From contig JAKFCY010000003.1 of assembly GCA_036676395.1 (NCBI GenBank), positions 448,001-512,000 on the forward strand: 64,000 nt of DNA, in the 5' to 3' direction. A program made the translations under genes and the position numbers. Below are positions 60,048-64,000 of the stretch, piece by piece; position 1 is the first letter of the stretch; every line of letters begins with the position of its first letter. The notes beneath the pieces are model-generated. The model saw only the letters and a list, made by a program, of their open reading frames with translations. It ran no database searches and was not told the DNA's origin. The stretch is from Bdellovibrio sp. (GTDB lineage: Bacteria; Bdellovibrionota; Bdellovibrionia; Bdellovibrionales; Bdellovibrionaceae).

Positions 60048-60290
60048 ATGAAAACTTCTATAAATACTGATCTAACTATTAAAGGCGAAAGCGTGCACGT
60101 GCAGACCGAAGACTGGGGTCACGAGCATAAAAAATTAGTCGCACGCGTGTATCGACACGGTCGCATGGTTAAATCTTTTGAAGTGCCTTATGAAAAACTA
60201 ACCGCACCGCTGACTGATAAAACTCGTAATGGTTATGCTCAACAATTACATCAAAAGGTAATCGACTGGGTTCATGAGGGCGGATTATAA
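60048..60290 (+). CDS. Conserved-looking hypothetical protein (NTD...HVQTED motif)
   Basis: Abuts ftsE with no gap; HVQTED motif recalled from delta-proteobacterial hypotheticals. Confidence 0.7.
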   Translation: MKTSINTDLTIKGESVHVQTEDWGHEHKKLVARVYRHGRMVKSFEVPYEKLTAPLTDKTRNGYAQQLHQKVIDWVHEGGL

Positions 60291-60962
60291 ATGCCAATTT
60301 TAGAGCTAAGCCACGTTTATAAAACTTATCAAAACGATCGCCATGCTTTAAAAAATATTTCGTTTGCGGCAAATGCCGGCGAATTTATTTTTTTAACCGG
60401 ACATTCGGGCGCAGGTAAATCCACATTATTTAAAATTTTATCGGCGCAAGAATCTGCCACCAGCGGTTCAGTTTCAGTCTTTGACAAAAACATGAATGAA
60501 TACGATCACCGCAATATTCATGAATACCGCAGACAAATTGGCATAATTTTCCAGGATTTTAAATTAATCCCAGAAATCACGAACCGCGCTAATTTAGCTA
60601 TTCCATTAAATGTTTTAAATAAAAGCAAAAAAGAAATAGATGATGAAATTCAGCAGATTACCGATCTTGTAGGAATCAAGTCTTCGTATTTAGATGAATA
60701 CCCTGAATCACTTTCAGGTGGCGAACAGCAAAAAATCGCTGTAGCCCGCGCTATAATTCACAGACCGAAAATTATATTTGCTGATGAGCCAACCGGAAAT
60801 TTAGATAAAGAAGCCAGTATTAATATATTAATGATTTTAAAAGAGCTTACCAAATGGGAAACGACAGTTTTATTTGCCACGCATGATGAAAACCTGATGA
60901 GTAAGGTGCAGGGTAAAGTTATTCACCTTAAAGCTGGCGAGATCGAGAGCACAACATTATGA
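60291..60962 (+). CDS. ftsE: Cell division ATP-binding protein FtsE
   Basis: FLTGHSGAGKST, IFQDFKL, LSGGEQQ, ADEPTGNLD, ATHD; operon context. Confidence 0.92.
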   Translation: MPILELSHVYKTYQNDRHALKNISFAANAGEFIFLTGHSGAGKSTLFKILSAQESATSGSVSVFDKNMNEYDHRNIHEYRRQIGIIFQDFKLIPEITNRANLAIPLNVLNKSKKEIDDEIQQITDLVGIKSSYLDEYPESLSGGEQQKIAVARAIIHRPKIIFADEPTGNLDKEASINILMILKELTKWETTVLFATHDENLMSKVQGKVIHLKAGEIESTTL

Positions 60963-61792
60963 AACATGTTTTTCATATTGTGATCGGACTTTTTTTTTCG
61001 TTATTGATTTCGGTTTTGATTACTCAAAACAATATTAATTTATTCATGGGCGATGCTGATGACTTTAAAAAAGCGACGATCTATTTCAAACAAACTACCT
61101 TAGAAACCGAAGCCGATAAATTTGCTGCTGAAAAATTGCAAAATGCTGAAAAAGTTAAAAAAATCAGCAAAGAAACTGCTATTCAAGATTTTAAAAATAC
61201 GTTTGGTGATTTTTCTAAAAACTTATCTGAATTAGAAACTTTAACTGACTTAGTGCCTTTATCATATGAAGTCGTCTTTGCCAGTCTTGATGACCGTAAA
61301 CAATTTATCACAGCAGAAGCCGGTCATGAGTTGGTCGATGAAATAGTAGCTATTGATCAAGTATTTTCGCGATATTCTTCATTACAAAAAAGTTTAGGCG
61401 CCTTTACCTTTATTCTATTTGCCGTAAGTTTTTTAGTCTGTTCATTATTAACTTCGTTACTTATTAAAAATATGATTAATAACGATCATAGGCAGATTGA
61501 AATTTATGCGTTATTTGGCCAAAGTTACGGCGCCATTGTTAAAAAGTATTTTAAAAATCTATTAAGCTATTTTATCACCACGGCCGTTCTTAGTTTGGTC
61601 GTGGTTTTTGCATTCTACATGATTTTTAAAGTGAAGTTACATGCGACTCCAGATTTACGTTTTATGAGTGATCGGTTAACATTTTTAACTGTTTCACAAT
61701 TTTTAATTTTATTGTTCAGTTTCGCGGTGGCATATTTTGGCGGGCTTTATTTCGTTTTAAAACGGTCAGTTTTAAAATCTTTTCAGCGGTAA
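60959..61792 (+). CDS. ftsX: Cell division permease FtsX (divergent)
   Basis: TM, periplasmic loop, then 3 TM; between ftsE and envC. Confidence 0.8.
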   Translation: MKHVFHIVIGLFFSLLISVLITQNNINLFMGDADDFKKATIYFKQTTLETEADKFAAEKLQNAEKVKKISKETAIQDFKNTFGDFSKNLSELETLTDLVPLSYEVVFASLDDRKQFITAEAGHELVDEIVAIDQVFSRYSSLQKSLGAFTFILFAVSFLVCSLLTSLLIKNMINNDHRQIEIYALFGQSYGAIVKKYFKNLLSYFITTAVLSLVVVFAFYMIFKVKLHATPDLRFMSDRLTFLTVSQFLILLFSFAVAYFGGLYFVLKRSVLKSFQR

Positions 61793-61793
61793 T

Positions 61794-62693
61794 ATGAAAT
61801 TTCTACTTATCTTTTTCATTACGCTGTCTGTTCAAGCTGCCCCAGAAAAAAGTCTGGAACAAAATGTATTGCAAATAGAAAAAGATATCGCAGAGGCTTA
61901 CGCAAAGATTTCGGTAAACAACCAATCTATTGCTATTGCCCAAAAACAAATCGCTGATATCAATTTAAATATCGAAGAAAAAAAGAAATATCTGGCTAAA
62001 CGAATGCTGGCGCAAAAAAGTGTAAAATCAATGAGTTGGTTTTTAGCCCTCGACACAAAAAACAAAGCTATATTGGATCGCAACTTAAAAATTTTTAAAA
62101 ATATTAACTTATCAGATATTACCGCGCTTCATGAGTTTCGTCTGGCTTTAGATGAAGTTAAAAGCCAACAGCAGTTTCTAGAAGACGAAAATAAAAAGCT
62201 CACTGAATTAACGAAATATTTGCAGGACCAAGAAGTTAAGCTTAAAAAAGCCGAACAAGAACAAATTGCAATGTTAGAAAAAATAAGTGCTATCGATCAT
62301 TTATTAAATTTCAAAGGCCAGTTGTCATTACCCGTTCGCGCGCCGGTTTTAGAACGCTTTGGCAGTTCGCATGATCAAGACAATCAATACGCTTTGTTAG
62401 TCAAAGGCCTAGTCTTAGACGGAAAAGATAAACAAGCTGTGTCTGCTTTCGGTCCAGGCAAAGTCATTTTTCGTGACCGTATTCCCTATTGGGGTGATTC
62501 TGTAATTATAAGTCACAAAGGTGGATACTATTCAGTCTACGCCGGAGTTGAAAACGCTGTTGTAAAGATTGATGAACTGGTCATTAACGAACAAATCATC
62601 GCTCAAACCAACGGGCAAGAATTCTACTTCGAACTTAGGCACTTAAATATCCCATTAAATCCTTTGAACTGGATTAGGAAAGACAATGACTAA
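61794..62693 (+). CDS. envC: EnvC-like murein hydrolase activator (coiled coil plus degenerate M23)
   Basis: KGQL.LPV...FG; the M23 Zn ligands are replaced (YSVYAG, FYFELR). Confidence 0.85.
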   Translation: MKFLLIFFITLSVQAAPEKSLEQNVLQIEKDIAEAYAKISVNNQSIAIAQKQIADINLNIEEKKKYLAKRMLAQKSVKSMSWFLALDTKNKAILDRNLKIFKNINLSDITALHEFRLALDEVKSQQQFLEDENKKLTELTKYLQDQEVKLKKAEQEQIAMLEKISAIDHLLNFKGQLSLPVRAPVLERFGSSHDQDNQYALLVKGLVLDGKDKQAVSAFGPGKVIFRDRIPYWGDSVIISHKGGYYSVYAGVENAVVKIDELVINEQIIAQTNGQEFYFELRHLNIPLNPLNWIRKDND

Positions 62694-64000
62694 AAAAAAT
62701 CTCTCTGCTGTATTGATTCTGTTATTCGTAGTTTTAACTGCAAAGCCTATGTGGTCATGGGCAGAAGACAGGTATACAGATCTGCAAAACTTTTCAAAAA
62801 TTTTAAATTTAGTACAGCAATACTATGTTGAACCCGTTGATACAAAAAAATTAGTGAACGGCGCGATTAAGGGAATGTTGCGTGAATTAGATCCACACAC
62901 GAACTACATGCCACCAGATATTTTTAAAGATTTCGAATCAGAGACGGCTGGCGAATTCGGTGGTCTAGGTATCGAGATTTCAATTCAAAATGGGGTATTA
63001 ACAATTATTTCTCCGATCGAAGACACACCAGCATGGAAGGCCGGTATTAAACCAGGCGATAAAGTGATCGCGATCGATGGCAATTCAACAAAAGGTTTTT
63101 CATTAGTTGAAGCTTCGGCATTACTAAAAGGTAAACGTGGCGAACCCGTAGTTCTATCAGTGGTTCGTGATAATTCAGACAAAGCCTTAGACATCACAGT
63201 TGTTCGTGGCCAAGTTAAAATTAAATCAGTTAAATCAACTCTACTTGATGATGGTTATTTATACGTAAGAGTCACAAGCTTTATCGAAACGACTTCAAAA
63301 GAATTAGAAAAAGCATTATCTGATTACAAATCAGCAAACAAAAAAATGGATGGTATCTTAATCGATTTAAGAAAAAATCCAGGTGGTTTATTAGATCAAG
63401 CGATCAAAGTGACAGACATGTTTTTAAAAGAAGGCGTGATCGTAAGTACTATTGCCCGTGATCCAAAGAATAAAGACGTAACCTACGCGACTAAAAAAGC
63501 ATTATACGCCGATATTCCAATCGTAATCTTAATCAATGAATACTCAGCAAGTGCCAGCGAAATCGTAGCCGGCGCCTTACAAGACAACAAACGCGCGATC
63601 ATCGTGGGCGAAAGAAGTTTTGGTAAAGGTTCAGTTCAATCGGTTATTAAATTAGGTGATGGCAGCGGTTTAAAACTAACAGTAGCTAGATACTACACAC
63701 CAAGTGGCGTATCGATTCAGGCAGAAGGCATCAAACCTGATATTGAAATCGAAGACGTTAATGCAGAACTTTTCGCAAAAGCCTTAAGTGATAAAAAAGG
63801 TGTTCGTGAACAAGACATCACGGGCCACTTAATCGGCGACAAAGAAAAGAAAAAAACTGGCAAAAGCAAAATGGATAACAGCGCAGCAGCTTGGTGGAAA
63901 GACGTAGCCAGCAAGAAAGACTCTGATCTAACAGAGAAAGAAAAGCTGTTTAAAACTGATTATCAAGCGTACCAGGCGTATTCTTATTTAAGAGCGATCA
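62686..64000 (+). CDS. ctpA: S41 family carboxyl-terminal protease (partial; runs off the window end)
   Basis: Manual translation from 62686: LDPHT, FGGLGIE (PDZ), DLRKNPGGLL, SASASEIVAGALQD, GKGSVQ, YYTPSG. Confidence 0.95.
   Translation, partial: MTKKNLSAVLILLFVVLTAKPMWSWAEDRYTDLQNFSKILNLVQQYYVEPVDTKKLVNGAIKGMLRELDPHTNYMPPDIFKDFESETAGEFGGLGIEISIQNGVLTIISPIEDTPAWKAGIKPGDKVIAIDGNSTKGFSLVEASALLKGKRGEPVVLSVVRDNSDKALDITVVRGQVKIKSVKSTLLDDGYLYVRVTSFIETTSKELEKALSDYKSANKKMDGILIDLRKNPGGLLDQAIKVTDMFLKEGVIVSTIARDPKNKDVTYATKKALYADIPIVILINEYSASASEIVAGALQDNKRAIIVGERSFGKGSVQSVIKLGDGSGLKLTVARYYTPSGVSIQAEGIKPDIEIEDVNAELFAKALSDKKGVREQDITGHLIGDKEKKKTGKSKMDNSAAAWWKDVASKKDSDLTEKEKLFKTDYQAYQAYSYLRAI

Noticed and set aside
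61794..62693. Active M23 endopeptidase, or pseudogene
   Set aside because: Loss of the Zn ligands is the normal state for EnvC activators, and the frame is intact.

Overview
AT-rich chromosomal segment from a Bdellovibrionaceae predator. The gene set (bacterial histone Bd0055-like gene, hit/Tad locus, PilZ gene next to rho) resembles Bdellovibrio bacteriovorus, but base composition is visibly more AT-rich, so a Pseudobdellovibrio-like relative is plausible (inference). Layout: 1-9.1 kb is an accessory-looking block 3' of tRNA-Ser (Tat-exported GMC oxidoreductase, hybrid kinase, EEP nuclease, LOG, OsmC, PRTase, beta-barrels, FecR). It is followed by core genes: serS, a GYF-TPR protein, murA-prmC-prfA-rpmE, rho, gatCAB, ligA, histone, murD, lptM-dapF-dapA-dapB-tal, ftsK, queE-fis-dnaB. 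Then come the hit/Tad (type IVc pilus) locus with Bd0108- and Bd0109-like genes, and ftsEX-envC-ctpA. No transposase, integrase, prophage or CRISPR array was seen. The best candidate for something undescribed is an unannotated cassette at about 14.0-14.5 kb: tandem palindromic operators, a perfectly spaced sigma54 promoter, a leaderless 48-aa secreted-peptide ORF, and a hairpin-rich 3' region with two CCCCUCC anti-Shine-Dalgarno motifs, bracketed by an exact 14-bp direct repeat. The same GTYYCA-N3-TGRRAC palindrome recurs in several intergenic regions upstream of sigma54/sigma28-like promoters. Also notable: a Q/N-rich prion-like Rho N-terminus, a doubly anchored LysM lipoprotein, a TadZ-TadA fusion and a leader-less Flp-like pilin. 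All calls are by eye; no database searches were run.
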